Below, piece by piece: positions 20,740 to 30,099 of a stretch of DNA of 64,000 nucleotides. The DNA lies in assembly GCA_963781585.1 (NCBI GenBank), contig CAWAGQ010000005.1, positions 64,001-128,000 on the forward strand. The letters run 5' to 3'. The translations under genes were made by a program, and so were the position numbers. This DNA is from an uncultured Gemmatimonadaceae bacterium (lineage in GTDB: Bacteria > Gemmatimonadota > Gemmatimonadetes > Gemmatimonadales > Gemmatimonadaceae). Within the stretch, counting starts at the first letter, position 1. The number at the start of each line of letters is the position of its first letter. Below the pieces are notes generated by a model, which was given only the letters and a program-made list of their open reading frames with translations, ran no database searches and was not told the DNA's origin.

Positions 20740-23724
20740 ATGATCCCCGTCAACATGCTGCGCCTGTTGACATTCGGAGGGCTCGCCCTCGAGCGGCCAG
20801 GGGGACCGCCGCCGCCGCGGCTCCGTCCGCAACGGCTGGCGATTCTCGCTGTCCTGGCTGCCGCCGGCGACCGCGGCGTGTCGCGCGAGCGCATGACCGG
20901 ACTCTTCTGGCCGGAAGCGGACGAGGAACGGGCCCGTCACTCGCTGCGCCAGGCGCTGTATTCCTTGCGTCAGGAGCTGGGCGCCGGCGTGATCCGGTCC
21001 GGCGCGCAGTTGTCGTTCGATGGCGCCGCCTTTACCTCCGACGTCGGTGACTTCCGGGCCGCCGTCGCCGCGGGCGACCGGGCTCGTGCCGCAGCGCTCG
21101 CGACCGGGCCGTTTCTTCTCGGATTCTATCTCGCTGACAGTCCCGAATTCGAGCGCTGGGTGGAAGAGGAGCGCGGCGCCCTCACGGCCGAGGCCACCCG
21201 CGTCGTCCTCGCGCTCACCAGGGAGGCCGACGCCGGCGGCGATCACGATGCCGCGGTGGAGTGGTGGCGCCGGCTCACGACGCTCGACCCGCTGAGCGGC
21301 CGCTTCGCGTTAGGCTACCTGAAGGCGCTGGCTGCCCGCGGCGACCGTGCCGGGGCGCTGGCCTTCGCCCGGTCGCACGAGAACATCGTCCGCCGCGAAC
21401 TGGAGGCCGATTCCGATCCGGAGATTCGCCGGCTGGAGGCGGAGTTGCGCGCCATCCCGTCGCCCGCGGTGGTCCGCGCCGCCCCGCCACGGGCGCTCGA
21501 CGCCGGTGTCGCGGTCGATGGGGCGCCCGCCCGCACGCCTGACGAGGCAGGGCCCGACGCGAAGCCATCCGGCCTCCCGATGCCGGCGGGTTCGACCGCC
21601 GGGACGAACGCGCCGCGTGACCCCAGTGCGGATGCAACCCCATCGCGCGCCGCCGCCATCCCGCCGCCACGCTCACCGAAACGACCCTGGCTCGTCCCGA
21701 GCGTGGCGGCCGCGGGCGTGTTGGTCGTCGTGTCCATCCTGACCGCCGACCGGTGGGGCCCGGCGTTGGGCCTCGGCGCCCATCGCAAGTCACCAACGTT
21801 TGCGGTGGGGATCATCCGCGAGGAAGGCGTTCCCGATACACTGCGAATCGGGGGCGTGCTCACCGACATGCTGGCCACCAACCTGGCGCGCGTGGGCGGG
21901 CTCTCGGTGCTGGCCAATGCGAGGCTCTTCGAGTTGATGCTCCCGGGTCAGGATACGCTCGAAACGGGATACCTCGAGGCGGCACGCCGCGCCGGCGCCA
22001 CCGAGATCTTCCAGGGGCGTCTGCTTTCCGGCCCGCAGTGGAGCCTGGCGATGGAGATGCAGCGCGTGGATCTCGCAACCGGCATCGTTCGCAGCGCCTA
22101 TCGCGTCGCCGCCGCCAACCGGTATGCTCTGATCGACAGCATGACGGCGGCGATCGCGCGTGACCTGCGTGTCGGCATGCCCAGCAGCTCGGTGGCCGAC
22201 GCCACGACCGACTCGCCGATGGCGTATCGCCTCTACGAGGAGGGACTCCGCGCCTACTATCAGTACGACCAGCCCGCGGCACGGCGCCTGATGCAGGCAG
22301 CGCTCGACGAGGACTCGAGCTTCGCGATGGCGGCGTATTACGATGCGCTGCTCGCGCCAAGCGGGGGCCACGAGGAAGTCGACACCCGCCGGCGGGCGCT
22401 GCAGCTCGCCGCCCGCGCGCCCGAGCGCGAGCGTCTGACGATTTCGGCCGATCTGCTCACACAGGACATGGAACCGGCGGCGCTGGCCGTCGCCGAGTCC
22501 TTGACCACGAGATATCCCACCAACCCGCGCGCGTTTGCGTTGTACGCGAGCGCCCTGCACTTCGCCGGCCAATGGCGCGACGCCGTGACGGCGATCGAGC
22601 GCGCGATCGCGCTGGACTCGGCGTCGGAGCCCGTAGAGCGGCAAAACTGCAGGCTTTGCTCGGACCTCGGACAGCTCGCCGAGGTCTACTTCTGGTGGGA
22701 TTCGCTGCCCGCAGCAGAGCGCACCGCGCGACGCTTCCTCCGACTTCGTCCGAGCTCGCACTATCCCTGGCATCTCCTGGTCCGTTCGGCGGCTGCGCGT
22801 GGCGACCTGACCGCCTTCCGCGAGTATTTGCGACACTACGACGCGGCGAATCCATCGATCACGTCGGCGAACTACCTGCTCCACTTCGTGACGCTCGCCG
22901 AGGATTACGACGAGGTCGAACGGAGCGTGCAGAGGGCCCTGGACTCACCGAGAGCGGACGACGCCAGCGAGGCCCGGTGGTTTCGCTCTATCTCGCTCCG
23001 GAACGAGGGGCGTCTGGAGGAGGCCCTCAGGCTGGCGCGCGTGCGTCCGAACCCGAACGACCTGGCCGAAGGACTGATCGCGCTCGAGCGTGGGGATCCC
23101 CGCACCGCCGTATCGATCTTCGGCGCATACGCCCGGGGGGATCAGTCCATGTGGTCGCCCGGCGTTCAGGCGCGGCACGACGCCTGGAACCGCACACTCC
23201 TGGGAATGGCTCTGGCCGCGGCGGGCGACACGATTGCCCTGCGCGCGCTCGCCGACACGGTGGAGAATCTGGGACGCCGGAGCATCTACGGCCGCGACCG
23301 GCGCGCACACCACTACTTGCGCGGGATGCTGCTGGTGGCCGAGCACCGCGACACCGAGGCGGCCGACGAGTTGCGTCAGGCAATCCACTCGCCGACCAAC
23401 GGATTCACCCGCATCAACTACGAGCTGGGGAAGACGCTCATGCGGTTGGGGCGTCCCGCCGAAGCGGTGCCGGTGGTTCGAGCGGCGCTGCACGGAGACA
23501 TCGACGGGTCGAATCTGTACATGACGCGAACCGATCTCCACGAGCTCCTCGCCCAGGCATTCGATCGGCTGGGGAGTCGCGACAGCGCGTCAGTGCATTA
23601 TCGCGCGGTGGTCAAGGCCTGGGAGCACGCCGACCCGCTATACCACGCGCGGCGCGAGCAGGCGCGCGCATGGCTGGCGCGGAATCCGGAGCCCCGGACC
23701 ACCGGTACGGCCAGGGATCGTTAG
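20740..23724 (+). CDS. SARP/BTAD-domain transcriptional regulator with a transmembrane segment and TPR C-terminus
   Basis: MLRLLTFGGL...LAILAVLAAA...LFWPEADEERARHSLRQALYSLR (winged HTH), GPFLLGF...FERWVEEER (BTAD), Pro-rich linker, hydrophobic helix, TPRs. Confidence 0.9.
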   Translation: MIPVNMLRLLTFGGLALERPGGPPPPRLRPQRLAILAVLAAAGDRGVSRERMTGLFWPEADEERARHSLRQALYSLRQELGAGVIRSGAQLSFDGAAFTSDVGDFRAAVAAGDRARAAALATGPFLLGFYLADSPEFERWVEEERGALTAEATRVVLALTREADAGGDHDAAVEWWRRLTTLDPLSGRFALGYLKALAARGDRAGALAFARSHENIVRRELEADSDPEIRRLEAELRAIPSPAVVRAAPPRALDAGVAVDGAPARTPDEAGPDAKPSGLPMPAGSTAGTNAPRDPSADATPSRAAAIPPPRSPKRPWLVPSVAAAGVLVVVSILTADRWGPALGLGAHRKSPTFAVGIIREEGVPDTLRIGGVLTDMLATNLARVGGLSVLANARLFELMLPGQDTLETGYLEAARRAGATEIFQGRLLSGPQWSLAMEMQRVDLATGIVRSAYRVAAANRYALIDSMTAAIARDLRVGMPSSSVADATTDSPMAYRLYEEGLRAYYQYDQPAARRLMQAALDEDSSFAMAAYYDALLAPSGGHEEVDTRRRALQLAARAPERERLTISADLLTQDMEPAALAVAESLTTRYPTNPRAFALYASALHFAGQWRDAVTAIERAIALDSASEPVERQNCRLCSDLGQLAEVYFWWDSLPAAERTARRFLRLRPSSHYPWHLLVRSAAARGDLTAFREYLRHYDAANPSITSANYLLHFVTLAEDYDEVERSVQRALDSPRADDASEARWFRSISLRNEGRLEEALRLARVRPNPNDLAEGLIALERGDPRTAVSIFGAYARGDQSMWSPGVQARHDAWNRTLLGMALAAAGDTIALRALADTVENLGRRSIYGRDRRAHHYLRGMLLVAEHRDTEAADELRQAIHSPTNGFTRINYELGKTLMRLGRPAEAVPVVRAALHGDIDGSNLYMTRTDLHELLAQAFDRLGSRDSASVHYRAVVKAWEHADPLYHARREQARAWLARNPEPRTTGTARDR

Positions 23725-23825
23725 GCTGTGGCCGGTCAGAGGTGTTCATCGAGCGGGCACCTGAGTGCCCACGGGCAACGGCAAGGCCGGCGCGTTGACT
23801 ACCCCCGCTGGGGTGCCCGGCGCCC

Positions 23826-24509
23826 CTATTGGCTCGATTCGTTCGTCTCGATCCACCGCTCCAGCAGGGCGAGATGCCGCGTCAGGACGGCCTCGGCATC
23901 GAGGGCGCCCTGGTCCGACGGATCACTCGGTCCCGCGCCTTGCAACGCGAGGTCCGCATCGATGAAGAACGCGGCATCGACCGCTGCCCGGCCCTCGACT
24001 TCGATACCGGGCATGGCGTCGACGTGGCCCTGACCGCGAGCGCCGAGAAGTCTGAGGTAGATCGCGTAATACCGGTCGGCGGCGGCAATGTACGGTGCCA
24101 CGCCCTGCGACTCGATGTACTCGCCAGCGGTCCCGTCTGCGCCGTACACTCCTTCAGTCTCCGGGTGCGGCTCATTCTCGACGAACGTTTCGCTCCCGTC
24201 GGCCTGCACGATCCGGCCGAGCGGGTAGAGGCGACAGACGAGCGGCCGGTCGGCGTGTACGGTGCAGCCTCGAGGCCCGAGAAAGACGCACGCCGGATCG
24301 CCGCGCGTGGCCAGCGCGGTGCCGCCGTCTACGGTGAAGCGCGCGATCACCTCCGTGGTCGTCGTGCCGAGATTCCGCGAAAGGCGCACCAGCTCGTATG
24401 GGTTGACCTGGATGCGCTTGCCGTAGCAGCACCGGCTGCACGCGCGGCATTGGTAGGAGAACGCCGACGTGCGCGCGTGCAGCACCGGCAGCGGCACCGG
24501 CACCGCCAC
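23826..24509 (-). CDS. YkgJ-family CxxCxxCC cysteine-cluster protein
   Basis: FSYQCRACSRCC...CVFL...CTVHADRPLVCRLYP. Confidence 0.88.
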   Translation of the reverse strand: MAVPVPLPVLHARTSAFSYQCRACSRCCYGKRIQVNPYELVRLSRNLGTTTTEVIARFTVDGGTALATRGDPACVFLGPRGCTVHADRPLVCRLYPLGRIVQADGSETFVENEPHPETEGVYGADGTAGEYIESQGVAPYIAAADRYYAIYLRLLGARGQGHVDAMPGIEVEGRAAVDAAFFIDADLALQGAGPSDPSDQGALDAEAVLTRHLALLERWIETNESSQ

Positions 24510-24512
24510 CGG

Positions 24513-24875
24513 TCAGTCTCCGGGCGCCGACATCACCGCGCGCACCTTGTCCTGGATCATCGAGGGGATGCCCATCATGCCCAGCTCACGCGCCAACGAA
24601 TCGTACCACTTGACCTGGACGCGGGCCCCGGCGGGTGAACCGAGGAATATGCTGACGGCATCCATCAGGTCGGTGCTGCCCACGAGCGCGCCGCCATCGC
24701 CGGGCGCCTTGTAGAACTTGATCTGCAGCCGAGCCGCGCTCGGTGCCGCGGCCAGGAGTTCCGCCGGCACGCCCAGGCCCGCTCCCAGCGCCAGGGCCGC
24801 CGCCAGCCGGACGCTGTCACGTCGGGAGACCGCAGGAGCGTCGTCGGGCTTGAGTCCGATCTTCTCGTCAGGCAT
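24513..24875 (-). CDS. small hypothetical protein with a Tat-like signal
   Basis: GGAGG RBS, SRRDSVRLAAALALGAGLG twin-arginine-like motif. Ends 3 nt before the YkgJ gene. Confidence 0.7.
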   Translation of the reverse strand: MPDEKIGLKPDDAPAVSRRDSVRLAAALALGAGLGVPAELLAAAPSAARLQIKFYKAPGDGGALVGSTDLMDAVSIFLGSPAGARVQVKWYDSLARELGMMGIPSMIQDKVRAVMSAPGD

Positions 24876-25010
24876 GACCGCCTCCATTTGTGGGTCGCCT
24901 CGTCAGTGTGCGTCACGGCGAGACGCCCAAGTCGTACTTGCACCGCATCGTGACGCCGGCACCGGGGCGGGGCCGTGAAGCCCGCAATGAACGACTTGCC
25001 GTCCGTGGCG

Positions 25011-25850
25011 TCAGGGCTTCTTCGCGCTGTCGGGGTCGGGAGCGCGGCGGATGCCGTACCCGTCGGCCGCTTTCTTCAGGAAGTAGTCTGCCGCTTCGTA
25101 GCCCGCAGTCGACTGGAGCGCGGATGCGGCGTCACCCATCGCCATGACCATCTGCAGGACGTTGGCCCGGTGAGCCTCTTCGATCTTGGGAACAACGTCC
25201 GTCCTGAGGTATTCTCCGTAGGCCCTCAGCCAGGTCTGGAGCTTGCCCTCCGGGCCCAGATATCCCATGCAGACCTTGTCGTACTCCGTCTTCAGCTGTT
25301 CCTGCAGCGCGTCGAACTTTCTCTGGTCAGCGGGATCGGGGAAGTAGGCCCCGCCTTCGCCGGGCTTCGACCTGGTCTTGATGAGCTGGTCGATCGCCAG
25401 ATGGACCGGCGCCTGCGCCTTCTTTGCCGCCGGGTTGAACTCGTCCCGCAGGCCCTTGAATTCCTCATCCTTGTACACGTCCGCACCGCGAAAGAGAGAC
25501 TGCAGGTCGGCCGACGCTGTCTTCGCGGCCTGCATCGCCTTCATCGCCTCCTGCGGATTCTTCATCATGTACGCCTGCATGTTGCGCGCTTTGGTGGCGC
25601 CATCTATCGAATCGAGCCCCGCTTTGATGCCGCCGTTGATCTTCTCCTGCTTCGCCTGCTCGGCCTTGTTGGCCTCGATGGCCTTGTCCAGCCGCGTGCC
25701 GATGTCGTTGGCCGGGTCGCACGTCTTCGGAAGGTCCGGGACGACCCGCCACGGATCAGCTTTCGTCTTTGTCTGAGCGATGGCGGTGCCAGTGCAGAGC
25801 ACCAGGGCGCCGAGTGCGCAGGTGATGGTTCGAGACACGAATCGGGTCAT
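25011..25850 (-). CDS. secreted helical hypothetical protein
   Basis: Signal peptide ending AIA-Q, AGGAGAGG RBS, Lys/Met-rich helices. Confidence 0.75.
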   Translation of the reverse strand: MTRFVSRTITCALGALVLCTGTAIAQTKTKADPWRVVPDLPKTCDPANDIGTRLDKAIEANKAEQAKQEKINGGIKAGLDSIDGATKARNMQAYMMKNPQEAMKAMQAAKTASADLQSLFRGADVYKDEEFKGLRDEFNPAAKKAQAPVHLAIDQLIKTRSKPGEGGAYFPDPADQRKFDALQEQLKTEYDKVCMGYLGPEGKLQTWLRAYGEYLRTDVVPKIEEAHRANVLQMVMAMGDAASALQSTAGYEAADYFLKKAADGYGIRRAPDPDSAKKP

Positions 25851-25896
25851 TTAATCCTCTCCTGGGTTGGCGCGGTGCCGGCGTCGGCGGGGCGCT

Positions 25897-27159
25897 TCAT
25901 TGCTTCACCACCTCCACCCGCCGATTCTGCGCCCGGCCGGCGAGCGTGGTATTCGGGACCGCCGGTTTGGTGTCGCCGAGTCCCTGCGTGGTGATGCGGT
26001 CGGCGTCGGCGCCGAAGTCGGAGACGAGCGCCGCCTTCACCGCCGCCGCGCGCGCGTCGCTCAGTGTGAGGTTGCTCGCCGCCGAGCCGACGTTGTCGGT
26101 GTGCCCTTCGATCAGGATCTTCAGGTCGGCGTGCTGCTTCATCGTGGCGGCGATATCCTTCAGCACCGGCCGCGACTCGGGCTGCAGGTCCGCCTTGCCG
26201 GTGGCGAAGAGGATCCCCTGCGTTACCCATCGCCCCTTGCTGGCGAGCGCGTCGTACAGCACGTCGGTCTCGCTCTCGGCCACCCGGATGCTGGTGATGA
26301 AGAGCGCCTGATCATTCGCCTCGCTCCCGCCCAGCAGCACGCGGATGACGGTGTCGCGCTTGAACTGGAGCTCGGGATTGTTGTAGAGGCGCTTCTCGTT
26401 CGCGTACATCTTGAAGTACGCACTGTCCATCAGGATACGGAGGTGGGCCACCTTGCCGTAGTACAGCTGGGCCATGTCGGCCGGGGGATGCAGCTGGCTG
26501 GTGGCGATGCTCTGCCCGCCGCCAATGATGAAACCACTGTGCGTATGCCAGTTGATCTCGGCCGACTTCGGGCTCCGGTCCATGGCCGCGCCGCCCTCCA
26601 CCGCCACCAGCGGCGACGTGCTGGGGTAGACGGGAGGCACCAGCACATCGATCTCGAGCGTGAAGCGTTGCGGCAGGACGCGGCCTAACGGGACGAGGAG
26701 CGTTCCGGTGCCGGTGGCCCGGAGCATCTTCACGTCATCGCGCTCCACGACTTCCATCGGGCCGCCGACGTACTTCAGTCCCCGGGCGAAGTTGCCGACC
26801 TTGTCCTCGGAGAAGTCGGTGTAGAAGAGCACCTTGTTCCCGGGCACGAAGTCGTAGTTCTCCCAGATCTTCGGGTCGGCCTTCGCCGCGGGTTCCGTTC
26901 CGCCGGGGGTTGTCGCGGCGGGTGCCTGCCCGGACGGCGGCGCCGCTCCTCCAGCCGCGTTAGGCTTCGTGGAATCGGCGGCGGCTTTCGCCCTGGCGCT
27001 GTCGGCGGCGGACTTCCTGGCGGCCTCGTCGATCTTCTTCTTCGCTGCCTCGGCCTTCTTCTTCAGCGAACCGAGACCCTGCGCGGAGCCGGCGCCCGGA
27101 GATGCCACGGCGAAGCCGAGCGCCGCCAGACCGATCGCCAACCGTCTCATGATGTGCAT
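25897..27159 (-). CDS. OmpA-family peptidoglycan-binding protein
   Basis: Signal peptide, YDFVPG domain, C-terminal ILFATGKADL...IEGHTD...GRAQNRRVE. Confidence 0.92.
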   Translation of the reverse strand: MHIMRRLAIGLAALGFAVASPGAGSAQGLGSLKKKAEAAKKKIDEAARKSAADSARAKAAADSTKPNAAGGAAPPSGQAPAATTPGGTEPAAKADPKIWENYDFVPGNKVLFYTDFSEDKVGNFARGLKYVGGPMEVVERDDVKMLRATGTGTLLVPLGRVLPQRFTLEIDVLVPPVYPSTSPLVAVEGGAAMDRSPKSAEINWHTHSGFIIGGGQSIATSQLHPPADMAQLYYGKVAHLRILMDSAYFKMYANEKRLYNNPELQFKRDTVIRVLLGGSEANDQALFITSIRVAESETDVLYDALASKGRWVTQGILFATGKADLQPESRPVLKDIAATMKQHADLKILIEGHTDNVGSAASNLTLSDARAAAVKAALVSDFGADADRITTQGLGDTKPAVPNTTLAGRAQNRRVEVVKQ

Positions 27160-27309
27160 CGCATCCTCCTTGCACCGATTTCACCGGGCCTTACCGTCGA
27201 CAAGCCAATACCGAAATGCGAGCCTTGTCTGGTCTGTCGAAGCGATCGGCTCGGACGAGTGAGTGTACGTTCTGTCCGTATCGCGTGAGTGTTGCAGCAG
27301 GTGGTCCCT

Positions 27310-27530
27310 GCCCCCGAGGCGCCGAGATCCTGCTCCTGCTGCACCTGCGGCAGCGCCATCCGCTCGAGCACGATGAACCGCGAAGTCGCGGCCAGCGACG
27401 TCGTCAGCGCCTCGGTGAGCGAGCGGGCGAACTCAGCCGGAGCCGGAATGGAGATGGTGGTCTGCGTGGTCTGCTGGTATCCGCCGCCTGGAGCCATCGC
27501 GGGCTGGCCCATCTGCGTCATCTGCATCCG
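27310..27530 (-). pseudogene. CsgG/HfaB-family internal fragment
   Basis: ARSLTEALTTSLAATSRFIVLERMALPQVQQEQDLGASG resembles the CsgG core. No signal peptide or C-terminal half. Confidence 0.6.
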
Positions 27531-27541
27531 GACGACATGCC

Positions 27542-28006
27542 TCACGGAATCGTCCTCTCGGCGTAGTTGTTGCCCGGTACCGGGTCCGGAGTGCTGCTGT
27601 ACGTGAACACGCCGAAGCGCCTCGGCAGCCCATCGGCCGGGAGCGTGGTAGAGACGGCGACCTCGCGGAATCCGGCATTGGGAATGGCACCGAGGTCGCA
27701 CAGCACCGCGGCGCGTTGCACGAGGCTCAGGGAAGAACCAGCCGAGGCCGCGCACCCGGGACCGAGGCGCTCGATGTCGACACCCACCGGGAGCAGAAAC
27801 AGGAGACGCGCATCGCGGGCGTCGTCCTTGTTCTCCGTATAGATGACGACCCGCGCGCTCATGTTCGTGCGGGTCTTCGTCACTTCGAGCGTGCGGATCC
27901 GGATGTCCGCCTGCCACAGCTGCGACTGTGGCATCGCCGTCGGCAGACTGGCACCGACGGCAACCAGGAGGAGCCCCAGGGCCGTGACAGTACGTGCGGC
28001 TTTCAT
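27542..28006 (-). CDS. secreted DUF11-like Ig-fold hypothetical protein
   Basis: Signal peptide, ADIRI..., VLCDLGAI, STPDPVPGNN. Confidence 0.75.
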   Translation of the reverse strand: MKAARTVTALGLLLVAVGASLPTAMPQSQLWQADIRIRTLEVTKTRTNMSARVVIYTENKDDARDARLLFLLPVGVDIERLGPGCAASAGSSLSLVQRAAVLCDLGAIPNAGFREVAVSTTLPADGLPRRFGVFTYSSTPDPVPGNNYAERTIP

Positions 28007-28014
28007 GGCGGGCG

Positions 28015-28067
28015 ATCCTAGCCTGCCCCTGTCAGCCGCGCGTCCGGCCGCCGTCAGTGTGGCGTCA
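28015..28067 (-). promoter_or_regulatory. promoter with four 11-bp-phased TGACG-like repeats
   Basis: Minus strand TGACG (28067), TGACG (28056), GGACG (28045), TGACA (28034), then 9 nt to TAGGAT (28020-28015) and ATG at 28006. Confidence 0.65.
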
Positions 28068-28132
28068 ACGCGCTCGCGCTATTCGAGTTGGATCCATCCG
28101 GCGAGGCGCTCTTGCCCGCCGAATCCGCGACG

Positions 28133-29632
28133 TTACGGCCCCCCGGCCTGGATCTGCTTCGCCACGCGCTCCGTCTCTTCCATCACCCGCAGTACGTTCC
28201 CGCCCCAGAGCTTGAGGATCTGTTCCTCGGTGTAGCCGCGCTTCACCAGCTCGGCCGTGACGTTGATCGCCTCGCTGGTGCAGTTGTAGCCGTCGATCCC
28301 GCCGCCCCCGTCGAAGTCGGAGCTGATGCCGACATGATCGATGCCGATCAGCTTCACGGCGTAGTCGATGTGGTTCACGAAGTCCTGCACATTCGCACGC
28401 ACCGGCGCCGGCGACGGATACTTCGCGTTGATCTCGGCCAGCCGCGACTGAAAGCGCGCCTGGGTCGCACTGTCCATCGCCGCCAGCGGATTGCCGCGGC
28501 CACCGCCTCCACGTGCGCCACCGCGACCCGCACCGCCACCACGCGCGCCTCCGCGCCCTCCACCGGCACCGCCACGCGCGGCTCCGGCCGGCGCCGAGTC
28601 ATATCCCACGCTGCACGCCGCGCTGCGCGCGGGCGCACCACCGGCTGCGCCACCGCGAGCACCGCCTCCCCCTCCACCCCCACCGCGACCGATCGCGGCG
28701 ACCGGGATACTGAATTCCTGCGCCAGGGCCTGAAGCGCCGCGGTCCGTTCGGGCGACGGCGGCTCCGGACACTTCACATATCCGGAGAACGCCACCGTCT
28801 GCATCACGCCGCCGTTCTTCCCGAGCGCCAGGAGCTGCTCGTCGTCGAGGTCGCGCGACGCGGTGGGACACAGTGCGCGCACGGCCGAGTGCGACGCGAT
28901 CACCGGCGCCTTGCTGTTCGCCATCACCCACATGTTCGACTCCTTCGACGGGTGGGAGATGTCGAGCATGATCCCCCACTTGTTCGCCTCGGCCACCACC
29001 TGCTTGCCGAGCGGACTCACGCCGTGCCACTTCCACTCGTTGTTCGACTCGCCGGTGTTGGAGTCGGAGAGCTGGTTGTGCCCGTTGTGGGCAAGCGAGA
29101 GGTATCGCCCACCGCGGTCGTAGAACTCCTTGACTCGCGTGATGTCCTGGCCGATGCCGTAGCCGTTCTCGACACCCATCAGCGCGATGAGCTTTCCCCT
29201 GGCGTGGATTCGCCGCACGTCGGCCGCGGTGAGCGCGAGCTCGATCTGGTCCGGCGCCAGCTTCTCCACCAGGTGGTGGACGGCGTCGAACTTCGCGACA
29301 TCGGTTTCGTACGCCCGCTGGTATCCCTCGGGGGTGAGATCTCCCTGGCCCACATAGATGCTGAAGAAGATCCCATTCATCCCGCCGTTCTTCATCTTCA
29401 CCAGGTCCACCTGGTGCGGATGGCCGGTGCGGTAGTTCGGCGCGCTGTCGCCCATGAATGACGGTTCGATGTCGACGTGGGTGTCGATTTTGATCGCCTT
29501 GTCATGGATGGCGCGGGCGCGCGCCATCAGGGCGACATCCGGCTGCTGGGCGCAAAGCGGGAGCGCAAAGAACGCGACCAGGGGCGCGACCGCCCACTGC
29601 GCAACGCGCGGGCGGTGAGACATGCGCGTCAT
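28133..29632 (-). CDS. membrane dipeptidase (M19 family), secreted, with a Gly/Arg-rich insertion
   Basis: IDTHVD, GVENG, LAHNGHN, DISH, ASHS, HVGISSDFDGGG. Confidence 0.93.
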   Translation of the reverse strand: MTRMSHRPRVAQWAVAPLVAFFALPLCAQQPDVALMARARAIHDKAIKIDTHVDIEPSFMGDSAPNYRTGHPHQVDLVKMKNGGMNGIFFSIYVGQGDLTPEGYQRAYETDVAKFDAVHHLVEKLAPDQIELALTAADVRRIHARGKLIALMGVENGYGIGQDITRVKEFYDRGGRYLSLAHNGHNQLSDSNTGESNNEWKWHGVSPLGKQVVAEANKWGIMLDISHPSKESNMWVMANSKAPVIASHSAVRALCPTASRDLDDEQLLALGKNGGVMQTVAFSGYVKCPEPPSPERTAALQALAQEFSIPVAAIGRGGGGGGGGARGGAAGGAPARSAACSVGYDSAPAGAARGGAGGGRGGARGGGAGRGGARGGGGRGNPLAAMDSATQARFQSRLAEINAKYPSPAPVRANVQDFVNHIDYAVKLIGIDHVGISSDFDGGGGIDGYNCTSEAINVTAELVKRGYTEEQILKLWGGNVLRVMEETERVAKQIQAGGP

Positions 29633-29750
29633 GGGAACCTCGACCGAACGGGGGTGGGAGGGGGCGCCTGCCGGCGCTCGCGATAACGTATGCGCTGGCG
29701 AACGACTCGGGGAGGCCGCTGCGCGGTCGCGAGGCGGTCGCGAGTCGCGG

Positions 29751-30083
29751 TCACGCCTTGGCCGGGAAACCAACCCCGCGCAGATCGATCCCTCGCCACA
29801 ACCGGTCCCGCATCAGCCGCGTCGCCGCCAGTGCTCGCATTCCCGCCGGCGTGATCCGGAAGATGCGCCGTGATGTCCCCGCGCCGCGCGACCGGACCGA
29901 CGCCACCAGGCTCTTCGCCTCCAGCCGGTCGAGCGTCGCGTATACCGCGCCGATGGCTACCCCGCGCGCCGTGCGGTGCTCGATCTCACGCCGCACGTTC
30001 ATCCCGAAGGCATCGTCGCCGGCATGCACCACCGCGAGCATCACGTGCTCCTCGAAAACGCCGAGTGGCGCCTCGGCCGTCAC
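29751..30083 (-). CDS. PadR-family transcriptional regulator
   Basis: LGVFEEHVMLAV...AFGMNVRREIE...GAVYATLDRLEAK. Lies downstream of an ADOP permease. Confidence 0.88.
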   Translation of the reverse strand: MTAEAPLGVFEEHVMLAVVHAGDDAFGMNVRREIEHRTARGVAIGAVYATLDRLEAKSLVASVRSRGAGTSRRIFRITPAGMRALAATRLMRDRLWRGIDLRGVGFPAKA

Positions 30084-30099
30084 CGCCCACTCCGATCGA

